Source: Candidatus Methylomirabilia bacterium
GTDB taxonomy: Bacteria > Methylomirabilota > Methylomirabilia > Rokubacteriales > CSP1-6
Length of the DNA: 64,000 nucleotides
NCBI GenBank assembly: GCA_041496385.1
Contig: JBGQEL010000003.1
Span: 49,799-113,798, forward strand
Direction of reading: 5' to 3'
In this document: positions 29,944-39,975 of the stretch, in pieces
Position numbering within the stretch: position 1 is the first letter of the stretch
Layout: every line of letters begins with the position of its first letter
The notes under the pieces: model-generated
The model's input: only the letters and a program-made list of their open reading frames with translations
Told to the model about the DNA's origin: nothing
The model's database searches: none
Position numbers and translations under genes: made by a program

Positions 29944-31509
29944 ATGTCCGGGAATGCCGATGGCCACCTGCCGGGCCGGGCCCCCTGTCTCATGGTGCAG
30001 GGGACGGGGTCCGGCGTCGGCAAGAGTGTGCTTACCGCCGCGCTCTGCCGGCTCTTCGCCCGGGCGGGGTATCGCGTGGCGCCCTTCAAATCCCAGAACA
30101 TGGCCCTCAACGCCTCCGTGACGGCCGACGGGGGCGAGATCGGGCGGGCCCAGGCCGCGCAGGCCGAGGCCGCCGGCGTCGAGCCGACCGTGGACATGAA
30201 CCCGATCCTCCTCAAGCCGGAGGGCGACGACCGCTCCCAGGTCGTCGTGCGGGGCCGGCCGGTCGCGAGCGTGGACTGGCGCGAGTACGCGCGCCTGCAG
30301 GCGGGGCTCCTGCCGATCGTCGCGGAGAGCCTCGAGCGCCTGCGCCGGACGCACGACCTCGTCGTCATCGAGGGCGCCGGAAGTCCCGCGGAGATCAATC
30401 TCGCGGCGAGCGAGATCGTCAACATGCGCATCGCCCGGCTCGCCGACGCGCGCGTGCTGCTCGTCGGCGACATCGACCGCGGCGGCGTCTTCGCCGCCCT
30501 CGTCGGCACGCTCGCGCTGCTCGCGCCGGCAGACCGCGCCCGCGTCGGCGGCTTCGTCGTCAACAAGTTCCGCGGCGACGCGGCGCTGCTCGCGCCGGGC
30601 CTCGAGGAGCTCACCGCGCGCACCGGCGTGCCGGTGCTCGGCGTCCTGCCGTGGATCGCCGGCCGGCTCACGGCCGCGGAAGACTCGCTCGACCTCGACG
30701 CGCCCGGGCCGCGCGCGCAGGACGGCACGGGCGAGGCGATCGAGGTCGCGGTCGTCCGATTCCCGCGCATCGCCAACTTCGACGACTTCGAGCCGCTCGC
30801 CGAGGAGCCGGGCGTGCGGGTGCGCTTCGTCACCACGCCCGCCGCGCTCGCAGCGGCGGACCTGATCGTCCTGCCCGGAAGCAAGAACACCGCCGCCGAC
30901 CTTCGCTGGCTCAGCGAGCACGGCCTGGGCGAGGCGATCCGCGCCGCGGCCGCCGCCGGCCGGCCGGTGCTCGGCATCTGCGGGGGCTTCCAGATGCTCG
31001 GCGAGGCCCTGCTCGATCCCGAGGGCGTGGAGTCGCCGGCGCCCGCCACGCCGGGCCTCGGCCTGCTGCCGGTCGTCACGACGTTCTCACCGTCGAAGAC
31101 CACCGTCCGCGTCCGCGCACGCGTCCTGGCGTCGTCGGGGCTCTTCGCCGCCGCGGCCGGGAGCGAGGTGCGCGCGTACGAGATCCACGCGGGACGGACG
31201 CGCATCCCCGAGGGCGCACGGCGGCTCTTCAGCGTGGTCGAAAGCGCGGGCGAGCCCGCCGCGGACACGGACGGCGTCCTGAACGTGGCGGGCAACGTCG
31301 GCGGCACCTACCTCCACGGGCTCTTCGCCGGCGACGCGCTCCGCGGCGCGCTGCTCCGGCACCTCGCCACGCGTGCCGGCATCGCTGCCGACCCGCGCTG
31401 GGGTGCCCCGCGCGAGGATCCGTACGAACGCCTCGCCGACGCCGTCGGCGGCGCGCTCGACCTGGCGGCGGTGGCGAAGCTCGCGGGCGTCGCCTTCCCG
31501 AGAGCCTGA
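29944..31509 (+). CDS. cobQ: Cobyric acid synthase
   Basis: MVQGTGSGVGKS, PFKSQNM, EGAGSPAEINL, GICGGFQMLG, YEIH, GTYLHG. Confidence 0.95.
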   Translation: MSGNADGHLPGRAPCLMVQGTGSGVGKSVLTAALCRLFARAGYRVAPFKSQNMALNASVTADGGEIGRAQAAQAEAAGVEPTVDMNPILLKPEGDDRSQVVVRGRPVASVDWREYARLQAGLLPIVAESLERLRRTHDLVVIEGAGSPAEINLAASEIVNMRIARLADARVLLVGDIDRGGVFAALVGTLALLAPADRARVGGFVVNKFRGDAALLAPGLEELTARTGVPVLGVLPWIAGRLTAAEDSLDLDAPGPRAQDGTGEAIEVAVVRFPRIANFDDFEPLAEEPGVRVRFVTTPAALAAADLIVLPGSKNTAADLRWLSEHGLGEAIRAAAAAGRPVLGICGGFQMLGEALLDPEGVESPAPATPGLGLLPVVTTFSPSKTTVRVRARVLASSGLFAAAAGSEVRAYEIHAGRTRIPEGARRLFSVVESAGEPAADTDGVLNVAGNVGGTYLHGLFAGDALRGALLRHLATRAGIAADPRWGAPREDPYERLADAVGGALDLAAVAKLAGVAFPRA

Positions 31510-32443
31510 GGCGATTCTCCGCGCCCTCGCCGTCCTGCTCCTGGCCGTCGCGCTCGATCTGGCGCTCGGCGACCCTCCGAACCGTGTCCACCCGGTCGCG
31601 TGGCTCGGCCGGGCGCTCGCCCTCGCCGGCCGCGCGCTGCGCCGCGGCGGCCCCCGCGCGCTCCTGCTCGGCGGCGCGGCGACCACGCTCGGCGCCGTCA
31701 CCCTCGCGGCACTCGTCGGATGGCTCGTGGAGGCGCTGGGGACGCGCCTGGGCGCGGCGGGCGTGCTTCTGGAGGCGGTCGCGCTCTCGTCGCTCATCTC
31801 GCTTCGGGGGCTCGCGTCCGCCGCGCGCGAGGTGGGCGCGCACCTGGCCGCGGGCGATCTCGTGGCGGCGCGCGCCGCCGTCGGCTTCCATCTGGTCAGC
31901 CGGCCGACCGCCACGCTCGACGCGGGGCAGGTCGCATCGGCCGCCATCGAGTCGGTCGCCGAGAACCTGACCGACGCGTTCCTGGCACCACTCTGCTTCT
32001 ACCTGGCGTTCGGACTGCCCGGAGTGGCGATCTATCGCGCGGTCAACACCGCCGACGCGATGTTCGGCTACCGTGAGGGGACGCTCGAGCATTTCGGCAA
32101 GGTGGCCGCGCGCCTCGACGATCTGCTGAACCTCGTGCCGGCGCGGCTCGCGGGCCTGGCCCTCGTCGCGGGCGCGCTGCTCGCGCGGGAGCACGCGGGG
32201 CGCGCGCTCGCGACGCTGCGGCGCGACCGGCGCCGCACGGCGAGCCCGAACGCGGGCTGGACGATGTCGGCGATGGCGGGCGCGCTCGGCGTGATGCTGG
32301 AGAAGCCGGGCGCCTATCGTCTCGGCGAGGGGCGGCCGCCCGCGCCGGAAGATATTCATTGCGCGCTGCGCGTCTTCTGGGCCTCCGCGCTCGTCAGCAC
32401 CATCGGCCTCATCGCCGCCGGACTGACGCTCTCTCCTTACTAA
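31502..32443 (+). CDS. cbiB: Adenosylcobinamide-phosphate synthase; start uncertain
   Basis: GDPP..HPV, IESVAENLTD, YRAVNTADAMFGY, SPNAGW. Confidence 0.9.
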   Translation, partial: EPEAILRALAVLLLAVALDLALGDPPNRVHPVAWLGRALALAGRALRRGGPRALLLGGAATTLGAVTLAALVGWLVEALGTRLGAAGVLLEAVALSSLISLRGLASAAREVGAHLAAGDLVAARAAVGFHLVSRPTATLDAGQVASAAIESVAENLTDAFLAPLCFYLAFGLPGVAIYRAVNTADAMFGYREGTLEHFGKVAARLDDLLNLVPARLAGLALVAGALLAREHAGRALATLRRDRRRTASPNAGWTMSAMAGALGVMLEKPGAYRLGEGRPPAPEDIHCALRVFWASALVSTIGLIAAGLTLSPY

Positions 32444-32461
32444 CATTAAATCAACATGTTA
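32441..32461. promoter_or_regulatory. AT-rich IHF-consensus site within a TAACAT-N9-ATGTTA inverted repeat
   Basis: AATCAACATGTTA fits WATCAANNNNTTR. Confidence 0.4.
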
Positions 32462-32763
32462 CGGTTCTGATCATGAGGCGCGACAGGAGGCCTGTCGGGG
32501 GCTCGCCCGGAGGAGACGGAAAGCGCGAGCGGGAGCCGCTGTCGCGACGCGGCGGCGACGGGGCGGGCGATCGCGTCGGCGCGCGCGATCCACTCCGCGC
32601 GTCGAGCACGCGCGGCTCGTGACGACGGCGCGACTCGAGGTGTTGGCGCGCGAGTTCACGATTTTTCGCACTATTTGTTCGACCGGCGATCCGACGCGCG
32701 CGTATCATCGACGCTGATGGCCGCCGCCGCGCGGCATTTTTTGTCTAGACACGGGCCACGACA

Positions 32764-34428
32764 ATGTTGATCACGGAGCGCTTGACCGAAGGAGTCCGCG
32801 AGGCACTCGCAGGCGCGGGGTTACCCGCGCCTGCGACGTGCGTCTGGGAGGTGCCGCGCCAGGCGGAGCACGGCGATTACTCGACGAACACCGCGATGAC
32901 GCTCGCGCGCGCCGCCCGCAAGGCGCCGCAGCAGATCGCCGAGCAGATCGTCGCGCACTTCCCGCCGCTGCCCGAGGTGGAGCGGCTCGAGGTCGCGGGC
33001 CCCGGCTTCCTCAACGTCTTTCTCTCGCCGGCGTGGTGCGCCGCCGCGCTGCGCGAGATCCTCGCCGCGGGCGACGGCTACGGCCGCGGCGACGCCGAGC
33101 GCGGACGCCGCATCCAGCTCGAGTTCGTGTCGGCCAACCCGACCGGGCCGCTGGTCATCGTCAACGCGCGCGCCGCGGCCGTCGGCGACTCGCTCGCGCG
33201 TCTCCTGCGGGCGCAGGGCGCGGAGGTGACGACCGAGTACTACGTCAACGACGCCGGCACCCAGTTCGAGGCGCTCGCGCGCTCCTTCGAGGCGCGCGTG
33301 GCCCAGGAGTTCGGCGAGCCCGCGACGCTGCCCGAGAACGGCTACCCGGGTGAATACCTAGTGGACCTCGCGAAGGACTACCGTCGGGAGGGCGGCGGCC
33401 TGATGCGTGAGGCCACCGCGCACGAGCGGACCGAGCACTTCGGCGGCTGGGCGGTGACGCGCATGGTCGAAGGCCAGCGGCGCATCCTCCGCGACTACGG
33501 CGTCGAGTACGACGTCTGGACGTCGGAGCAGCGCGACGTGCGCGCGCGCGGGCTGGTGGAGAAGATGCTCGACGAGCTCACCGCGCGCGGGCTCACGTAC
33601 GAGAAGGACGGCGCCCTGTGGTTCCGCTCGTCCGAGGTCGGCGAGGAGGGCGCCGACGACAAGGACCGCGTCCTGCGCCGCTCGAGCGGCGAGGCGACCT
33701 ACTTCGCCGTGGACATCGCCCACCACCAGTACCTCAAGTTCGCGACCGCCGCCCAGGTGATCAACCTCTTCGGCCCCGACCACCACGGGTACGTGGCGCG
33801 CATGGGTGCGGCCATGCGGGCGCTCGGGCACCCGCCCGACGCGCTCGAGATCCTGATCGTCCAGCTCGTCACGCTCCTGCGCGACGGCCAGCCCGTCCGC
33901 ATGTCCAAGCGCCGTGGCGAGTTCGTGCTGATGGAAGAGCTGCTCGAGGAGGTCGGGCGCGACGCCGCGCGCTTCACCTTCCTCACGCGGCGCCACGACA
34001 GCCCGCTCGAGTTCGACCTGGCCGTCGCGACGCGGCAGTCGAGCGAGAACCCGGTCTACTACGTGCAGTACGCCCACGCGCGCATCCACTCGATCGGCAA
34101 GCAGGTGGCCGAGCAGGGGATCGCCGTGCCGTCGCTCGAGGCGACGGACCTCGCCCCGCTCACGGCGTCCGAGGAGCAGGCGCTCATCAAGCGGCTCCTC
34201 CAGTATCCGGAGGTCGTGCGGAGCGCGGCGCGGGCGCTCGAGCCGCACCGGGTGGCGTACTGGCTCCAGGAGCTGGCGGCCGCGTTCCACCCGTACTACA
34301 AGAACCATCGCGTCATCCAGGACGACCGCCGCCTCATGTTCGCGCGGCTCGCGCTCTGCGCCGCGGTGGGCCGGGTGGTCCGGAACGGGCTCGACCTCCT
34401 CGGGGTCTCGGCCCCGGAGTCGATGTAG
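32764..34428 (+). CDS. argS: Arginine--tRNA ligase
   Basis: HGDYSTN, EFVSANPTGPL, MSKRRG, YYVQYAHAR, C-terminal GVSAPESM. Confidence 0.96.
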   Translation: MLITERLTEGVREALAGAGLPAPATCVWEVPRQAEHGDYSTNTAMTLARAARKAPQQIAEQIVAHFPPLPEVERLEVAGPGFLNVFLSPAWCAAALREILAAGDGYGRGDAERGRRIQLEFVSANPTGPLVIVNARAAAVGDSLARLLRAQGAEVTTEYYVNDAGTQFEALARSFEARVAQEFGEPATLPENGYPGEYLVDLAKDYRREGGGLMREATAHERTEHFGGWAVTRMVEGQRRILRDYGVEYDVWTSEQRDVRARGLVEKMLDELTARGLTYEKDGALWFRSSEVGEEGADDKDRVLRRSSGEATYFAVDIAHHQYLKFATAAQVINLFGPDHHGYVARMGAAMRALGHPPDALEILIVQLVTLLRDGQPVRMSKRRGEFVLMEELLEEVGRDAARFTFLTRRHDSPLEFDLAVATRQSSENPVYYVQYAHARIHSIGKQVAEQGIAVPSLEATDLAPLTASEEQALIKRLLQYPEVVRSAARALEPHRVAYWLQELAAAFHPYYKNHRVIQDDRRLMFARLALCAAVGRVVRNGLDLLGVSAPESM

Positions 34429-34982
34429 TGGCCGTACGGGGAAAGCGCGCGGACGGTGGCGCCGGCACGTTCCTCCTCTTCATCGGCGTGGTGGCGGTGC
34501 TCGCGGGCACGTTCTTGCTCGGCGTGATGGCGGGCCGCTTCTGGGCGGGCTTTCCGCTCTTCCGCGGCGAGGTGGCGGCGAAAGCGCCGCCGCGCGGCCG
34601 CGAGCGCGAGGCGCGCGCGCCCGAAGCCTCGCCGACGCTCACCTTCTACCACGAGCTCACGGCGCCGCTGACCGCGCCGCCGCCCGCCAAGCCCGCCCGG
34701 CCGCGCGCCGAGGCGTCCCGGGCCGAGCCCGCCAAGCCCGAGGGCGCGGCGGGACGCTTCACCGTGCAGGCCGGCGCCTACAAGGCCCGCGAGCCGGCGG
34801 AAGCGCTACGGGCGCGCCTGGCCTCGGCGGGCCACGACGCCTACGTCGCCGAGGCCGAGAGCACCGGCGGCGTGCGCTTCCGCGTGCGCGTCGGGACCTT
34901 CGCCACGCGCGAGGCCGCGCAGGAGGTCGCCGTGCGCCTGGCCGCCGAGGGGACGCTCTCGACCTTCGTCACGGCGCGGTAG
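34428..34982 (+). CDS. SPOR-domain cell division protein (FtsN-like)
   Basis: TM, LTFYHEL, Pro-rich linker, FTVQAGAY...FRVRVG; usual argS neighbour. Confidence 0.85.
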   Translation: MAVRGKRADGGAGTFLLFIGVVAVLAGTFLLGVMAGRFWAGFPLFRGEVAAKAPPRGREREARAPEASPTLTFYHELTAPLTAPPPAKPARPRAEASRAEPAKPEGAAGRFTVQAGAYKAREPAEALRARLASAGHDAYVAEAESTGGVRFRVRVGTFATREAAQEVAVRLAAEGTLSTFVTAR

Positions 34983-34983
34983 C

Positions 34984-35538
34984 ATGGCGCCGCGTCCGGG
35001 CCGCGTCCTCATCAGCGAGGAGGCGCTCCGGGCGCGCATCGCGGAGCTCGGGCAGGCGATCGCGCGCGACTACGCGGGCCGGACGCCGCTGCTCATCGGG
35101 GTCCTCCAGGGCGCGTTCCTCTTCATGGCCGACCTCGTGCGCGCGACGCCCGTCGACCTCGCGACCGACTTCATCGGCGTCTCGAGCTACGGCGGCGGCA
35201 CCACGTCGACCGGGGAGGTGCGGCTCGTGGCCGACGTCTCGGCGCCCGTCGCGGGCCGCCACGTGATCATCGTCGAGGACATCGTGGACACGGGCTTCAC
35301 ACTCGCCTTCCTGCGCGAGATGCTGCTCGCGCGGCGCCCGGCGAGCCTGGGCGTCTGCGTGCTCTGCGACAAGGCCGAGCGCCGGCGGGTGCCGGTGCCG
35401 CTGGACTACGTCGGCTTCACGGTGCCCGACGTCTACGTGGTCGGCTACGGCTTCGATTTCCGAGGCTTGTACCGCAACCTGCCCTACATCGCGGCACTCG
35501 AAGACGGGCCCGTCGTGCATCGCGTCATTGAGCCCTGA
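34984..35538 (+). CDS. hpt: Hypoxanthine phosphoribosyltransferase
   Basis: IIVEDIVDTGFTL PRPP motif; VVGYGFD..YRNLP. Confidence 0.95.
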   Translation: MAPRPGRVLISEEALRARIAELGQAIARDYAGRTPLLIGVLQGAFLFMADLVRATPVDLATDFIGVSSYGGGTTSTGEVRLVADVSAPVAGRHVIIVEDIVDTGFTLAFLREMLLARRPASLGVCVLCDKAERRRVPVPLDYVGFTVPDVYVVGYGFDFRGLYRNLPYIAALEDGPVVHRVIEP

Positions 35539-35556
35539 TGTTATAATCCGACAAGC

Positions 35557-37374
35557 ATGAATCAGGTCTACAAGAACCTCGCGCTCTGGATGGTGATCGG
35601 GCTCATCGTCATCCTCCTGTTCACCGTGTTCCAGGGCGCGCAGCAGGGCGGGCAGGAGCAGCCCAACTTCTCGGAATTCCTCCGGGCGCTGGACCAGGGG
35701 CGGGTGGATTCCGTCGTGATCCGGGGCAACCACGTCACGTACACGCTCAAGGACTCCGCGCAGATCCAGCGGACGTATATCGTCGAGTACCCGGATCTCG
35801 TCAAGACGCTCAAGGAGCGTGGCGTGCGTATCGCGGTGAAGCCGCCCGACGCGAACCCCTGGTACGCCGTCTTCCTGCAGTGGGTGCCGATGCTCCTGTT
35901 CATCGGCGTCTGGATCTTCTTCATGCGCCAGATGCAGGGCGGCGGCGCCAAGGCGCTCTCTTTCGGGAAGGCGCGCGCGCGGCTGGTCTCCGAGAAGCAG
36001 AACAAGGTGACGTTCCAGGACGTCGCCGGCGTCGACGAGGCGAAGGAAGAACTGCGGGAGATCATCGATTTCCTCAAGGATCCTCAGAAGTTCCAGAAGC
36101 TCGGCGGCAAGATCCCGAAGGGCGTGCTGCTCGTCGGGCCGCCCGGCACGGGCAAGACGCTGCTCGCCAAGGCCATCGCGGGCGAGGCCAACGTGCCGTT
36201 CTTCACGATCTCGGGCTCCGACTTCGTGGAGATGTTCGTCGGGGTCGGGGCCTCGCGGGTCCGCGACCTCTTCGAGCAGGGCAAGAAGCACGCGCCGTGC
36301 ATCATCTTTATGGATGAGATCGACGCGGTCGGACGCCACAGGGGCGCCGGCCTCGGCGGCGGCCACGACGAGCGCGAGCAGACGCTCAACCAGCTGCTCG
36401 TCGAGATGGACGGCTTCGAGACCAACGAGGGCGTCATCCTCATCGCGGCGACGAACCGGCCGGACGTCCTCGATCCCGCGCTGCTCCGCCCCGGCCGCTT
36501 CGACCGCCAGGTCGTCGTGCCGCGGCCGGACGTCAAGGGCCGGGAGGAGATCCTGCGCGTGCACGCCCGCCGGATCCCGCTGGCTCCCGACGTCGAGCTG
36601 AAGGTGCTCGCGCGCGGCACGCCGGGCTTCTCGGGTGCCGACCTCGCCAACCTCGTCAACGAAGCGGCGCTCCACGCGGCCCGGCAGAACAAGAAGGTCG
36701 TCGAGATGTCCAACTTCGAGAACGCCAAGGACAAGGTCCTGATGGGCGTCGAGCGGCGCTCGATGATCATCAGCGAGGGCGAGAAGCGGACGATCGCCTA
36801 CCACGAGGCGGGCCACACGCTGGTCGCCGACTTCCTGCCGGGGACCGACCCGGTCCACAAGGTGACGATCATCCCGCGCGGGCGCGCGCTCGGTCTCACG
36901 CAGCAGCTCCCGCTCGACGACAAGTACAACTACTCGAAGGACTACCTGGTCAACCGGATCACGATCCTCCTGGGCGGCCGCGCCGCCGAGGAGATCGTCT
37001 TCCAGCAGCAGACGACGGGCGCGGGCGACGACCTCGAGAAGGCCACCGAGATGGCGCGCAAGATGGTCTGCGAGTGGGGCATGTCGGACAAGCTCGGCCC
37101 GCTCACCTTCGGCAAGAACGAGGAGCACATCTTCCTCGGGCGCGAGGTGGCGCGGGCCAAGGACTACAGTGAGGCCACCGCGCTGCTCATCGACTCGGAG
37201 ATCAAGCGCCTCGTCTTCGAGGCCGCCGTGCGCGCCAAGCAGATCCTCGAGGAGAACCTCGAGAAGCTGCACGCGCTCGCCCGGGCGCTGCTCGAGCGCG
37301 AATCGCTCGACGGCGAGGAGATCGCGCGCATCCTCCGCACGCGCCCGTTCCAGGAAGCCGCCGCGCCCGCGTAG
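35557..37374 (+). CDS. ftsH: ATP-dependent zinc metalloprotease FtsH
   Basis: 2 [18 protein letters not shown]. Confidence 0.97.
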   Translation: MNQVYKNLALWMVIGLIVILLFTVFQGAQQGGQEQPNFSEFLRALDQGRVDSVVIRGNHVTYTLKDSAQIQRTYIVEYPDLVKTLKERGVRIAVKPPDANPWYAVFLQWVPMLLFIGVWIFFMRQMQGGGAKALSFGKARARLVSEKQNKVTFQDVAGVDEAKEELREIIDFLKDPQKFQKLGGKIPKGVLLVGPPGTGKTLLAKAIAGEANVPFFTISGSDFVEMFVGVGASRVRDLFEQGKKHAPCIIFMDEIDAVGRHRGAGLGGGHDEREQTLNQLLVEMDGFETNEGVILIAATNRPDVLDPALLRPGRFDRQVVVPRPDVKGREEILRVHARRIPLAPDVELKVLARGTPGFSGADLANLVNEAALHAARQNKKVVEMSNFENAKDKVLMGVERRSMIISEGEKRTIAYHEAGHTLVADFLPGTDPVHKVTIIPRGRALGLTQQLPLDDKYNYSKDYLVNRITILLGGRAAEEIVFQQQTTGAGDDLEKATEMARKMVCEWGMSDKLGPLTFGKNEEHIFLGREVARAKDYSEATALLIDSEIKRLVFEAAVRAKQILEENLEKLHALARALLERESLDGEEIARILRTRPFQEAAAPA

Positions 37375-37377
37375 TCC

Positions 37378-38226
37378 GTGGCGCGGTCCATCCTCTCCGG
37401 CGTGACGCTCGGCGACGGGCTGCCCGTCGCCGTCATGGGCGTCATCAACGTCAGTCCCGAGTCGTTCCACGCTGGGTCAATCCGCGCGCCCGACGACCTC
37501 CTCGCCGAAGCCCTCGCGATGGTGGAGGCGGGCGCCGCGCTGATCGACGTCGGCGCGCGCGCGACCGCCCCCTACCTGGCCACCGACGTCTCCGAGGCCG
37601 AGGAGTGCCTGCGCCTGGGGCGCGCCGTGGAGCTGCTCGCGCCCAAGGTCCCCGTGCCGATCTCGGCCGACACCGCCCGCCCGGCGCCCGCGCGCGCGGC
37701 GCTCGAGGCCGGGGCGACGGTGATCAACGACGTGTCCGGCCTGGCCGATCCCGCCGTCGCCGCGCTGGCGCGCCGGCATCGCGCCGGCGTCGTCCTCATG
37801 GCCGCGCCGGCCGGGGCCGCACCCGGCGGTGGCGACCCCGTCGCGCGCGTCGCCGGACTGCTGCGGGCGGCGCTCGGGCGCGCGCGGGAGGCCGGGATCC
37901 CGGAGGAGTCGATCGTGCTCGACCCCGGCATCGGGTTCTTCAGGGACGAGGCCGTGCCCTGGGACGAGTGGGACGCGCGCGTGCTGGCCGGCCTGTCCGC
38001 GCTGGCCCCGCTCGGCCGGCCCCTCTGCGTCGGTGTCTCCCGCAAGTCCTTCATCGGCGCGATCACGGGCCGCGCGCGGACGGAGGACCGGCTGGCGGGC
38101 TCGCTGGCGGCGACCGCCGTCGCCGTCTGGCAGGGCGCCGCCCTGATCCGGAGCCATGACGTGGCGGCGACGCTTGACGCCGCGCGCGTCGCAGAGCGCC
38201 TGCGGAACGCGGCGCGGGCCCTATAA
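37378..38226 (+). CDS. folP: Dihydropteroate synthase
   Basis: MGVINVSPESF, DPGIGF, GVSRKSF, RSHDV. Confidence 0.93.
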   Translation: MARSILSGVTLGDGLPVAVMGVINVSPESFHAGSIRAPDDLLAEALAMVEAGAALIDVGARATAPYLATDVSEAEECLRLGRAVELLAPKVPVPISADTARPAPARAALEAGATVINDVSGLADPAVAALARRHRAGVVLMAAPAGAAPGGGDPVARVAGLLRAALGRAREAGIPEESIVLDPGIGFFRDEAVPWDEWDARVLAGLSALAPLGRPLCVGVSRKSFIGAITGRARTEDRLAGSLAATAVAVWQGAALIRSHDVAATLDAARVAERLRNAARAL

Positions 38227-38234
38227 TACGGTCG

Positions 38235-39581
38235 ATGGGTCGTCTCTTCGGCACCGACGGGATCCGCGGCGTCGCCAACGAGGAGCCCCTCACGCCGGAG
38301 CTCGCCTTTCGCGTGGGCCGCCAGCTCGTCGCGACCGAGATGGAGCACGGCGCGCGGCGCGTCCGGCTCGTGATCGGGCGCGACACGCGGCGCTCGGGCC
38401 CGCTGCTCGAGGCGGCGATGGTGGCCGGGCTGCTCTCCGCGGGCGCCGAATGCTACGCGGTCGGCGTCATCCCGACGCCGGCGATCGCCTTCCTGACGAA
38501 GAAGCTCGAGGCCCACGGCGGTATCGTGCTGAGCGCCTCGCACAACCGCTTCGAGGACAACGGCATCAAGCTCTTCTCGTCCGAGGGCACGAAGTTCCCC
38601 GACGCCTGGGAGGAGGAGATCGAACGGCGGCTGGGCGGGGCGGACGACGCGCCGCGGCCGCGCGGCGCGCAGGTCGGCGAGCTGACCGTCTACGACCGCG
38701 CCGAGACGGACTACGTCGAGTTCCTCTGCGGCGCGTTTCCGCTCGATCTCGGCGGGCTCACGGTCGCGCTCGACTGCGCCCACGGCGCGACCCACCGCGT
38801 CGCGCCCCAGGTCTTCCGGCGCCTCGGCGCCCGCGTGCTGACGCTCGGCACGCGGCCGAGCGGGACCAACATCAACGACGGCGTCGGCGCCCTCCACCCC
38901 GCGGGGCTCCAGAAGAAGGTGCGCGCGAGCGGCGCGTCCATCGGCTTCGCGTTCGACGGCGACGGCGACCGGGTCATGTCCGTGGATTCGACCGGCGAGA
39001 TCCGCGACGGCGACTACGCGCTCGCGATCGCGGGGCGCCACTTCGCCGCGCGCGGCCGGCTCAAGGGCAACGTCGTCATCACCACCGTCATGGCGAACCT
39101 CGGTCTCGACGAGTCGCTGCGCGCCGCCGGCATCCGGCTCGTGAAGACGCAGGTGGGCGACCGCTACGTGCACGAGGAGATGCAGAAGGTCGGCGCCAAT
39201 CTGGGCGGCGAGCAGTCGGGCCATCTCCTGTTCCTCGACCACGCGCCGACCGGCGACGGGATCCTCTCGGCGCTGGCGCTTCTCGGCGTGGCGGTCGAGA
39301 CGGGCGAGCCGCTCGCCGCGCTCGCGGGCTGCCTGCGGAAGTTCCCGCAGGTCCTCGTGAACGTCGCGGTGCGGTCGAAGCCGCCGATCGCCTCGCTGCA
39401 GCTGCTCGCCGACCGCACCATGGCGTTCGAGCGCGAGATGGAGGGCAACGGCCGGATCCTCATCCGCTACTCGGGCACCGAGCCGCTCGCGCGCGTCATG
39501 ATCGAGGGGGCCGACGCGGCGCGCATCCGCGCCATGGCCGACGAGCTCGCGGGGATCATCGGACGCCAGCTCGGGCAGTGA
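38235..39581 (+). CDS. glmM: Phosphoglucosamine mutase
   Basis: FGTDGIRG, SASHN, DGDGDR, GGEQSGH, RYSGTEP. Confidence 0.96.
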   Translation: MGRLFGTDGIRGVANEEPLTPELAFRVGRQLVATEMEHGARRVRLVIGRDTRRSGPLLEAAMVAGLLSAGAECYAVGVIPTPAIAFLTKKLEAHGGIVLSASHNRFEDNGIKLFSSEGTKFPDAWEEEIERRLGGADDAPRPRGAQVGELTVYDRAETDYVEFLCGAFPLDLGGLTVALDCAHGATHRVAPQVFRRLGARVLTLGTRPSGTNINDGVGALHPAGLQKKVRASGASIGFAFDGDGDRVMSVDSTGEIRDGDYALAIAGRHFAARGRLKGNVVITTVMANLGLDESLRAAGIRLVKTQVGDRYVHEEMQKVGANLGGEQSGHLLFLDHAPTGDGILSALALLGVAVETGEPLAALAGCLRKFPQVLVNVAVRSKPPIASLQLLADRTMAFEREMEGNGRILIRYSGTEPLARVMIEGADAARIRAMADELAGIIGRQLGQ

Positions 39582-39590
39582 ACGGCGCCT

Positions 39591-39974
39591 GTGACGATCG
39601 CCGGGATCGGCGTGGACCTGGTCAACATCCCCCGGATGCGTGACACGATCGAGCGCTGGCAGGAGCGCTTCCTGCGCCGCGTCTTCACCGAGCAGGAGAT
39701 CGCCTACTGCCGTGCGCACCGCGACCCGGTGCCCCACTTCGCCGCGCGCTTCGCGGCGAAGGAGGCGGGGCTCAAGGCGCTCGGCACGGGCCTCAGCCTC
39801 GGCGTGAGCTGGCGCGAGCTGGAGGTGCGCCGCGAGCGGGGCCGGGCGCCCGAGCTCCTGCTCCACGGGCGGTCGAGGGAGATCGGGCGGTCGCGAGGCG
39901 GAAGCCGCATGCTGCTGGCCCTGACCCACGAAGGGGAGTATGCGCTGGCGCAGGCTATGCTCGTGGGCGACTAG
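39591..39974 (+). CDS. acpS: Holo-ACP synthase
   Basis: GIGVDLV, FAAKEA..KALGTG. Confidence 0.94.
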   Translation: MTIAGIGVDLVNIPRMRDTIERWQERFLRRVFTEQEIAYCRAHRDPVPHFAARFAAKEAGLKALGTGLSLGVSWRELEVRRERGRAPELLLHGRSREIGRSRGGSRMLLALTHEGEYALAQAMLVGD

Positions 39975-39975
39975 C

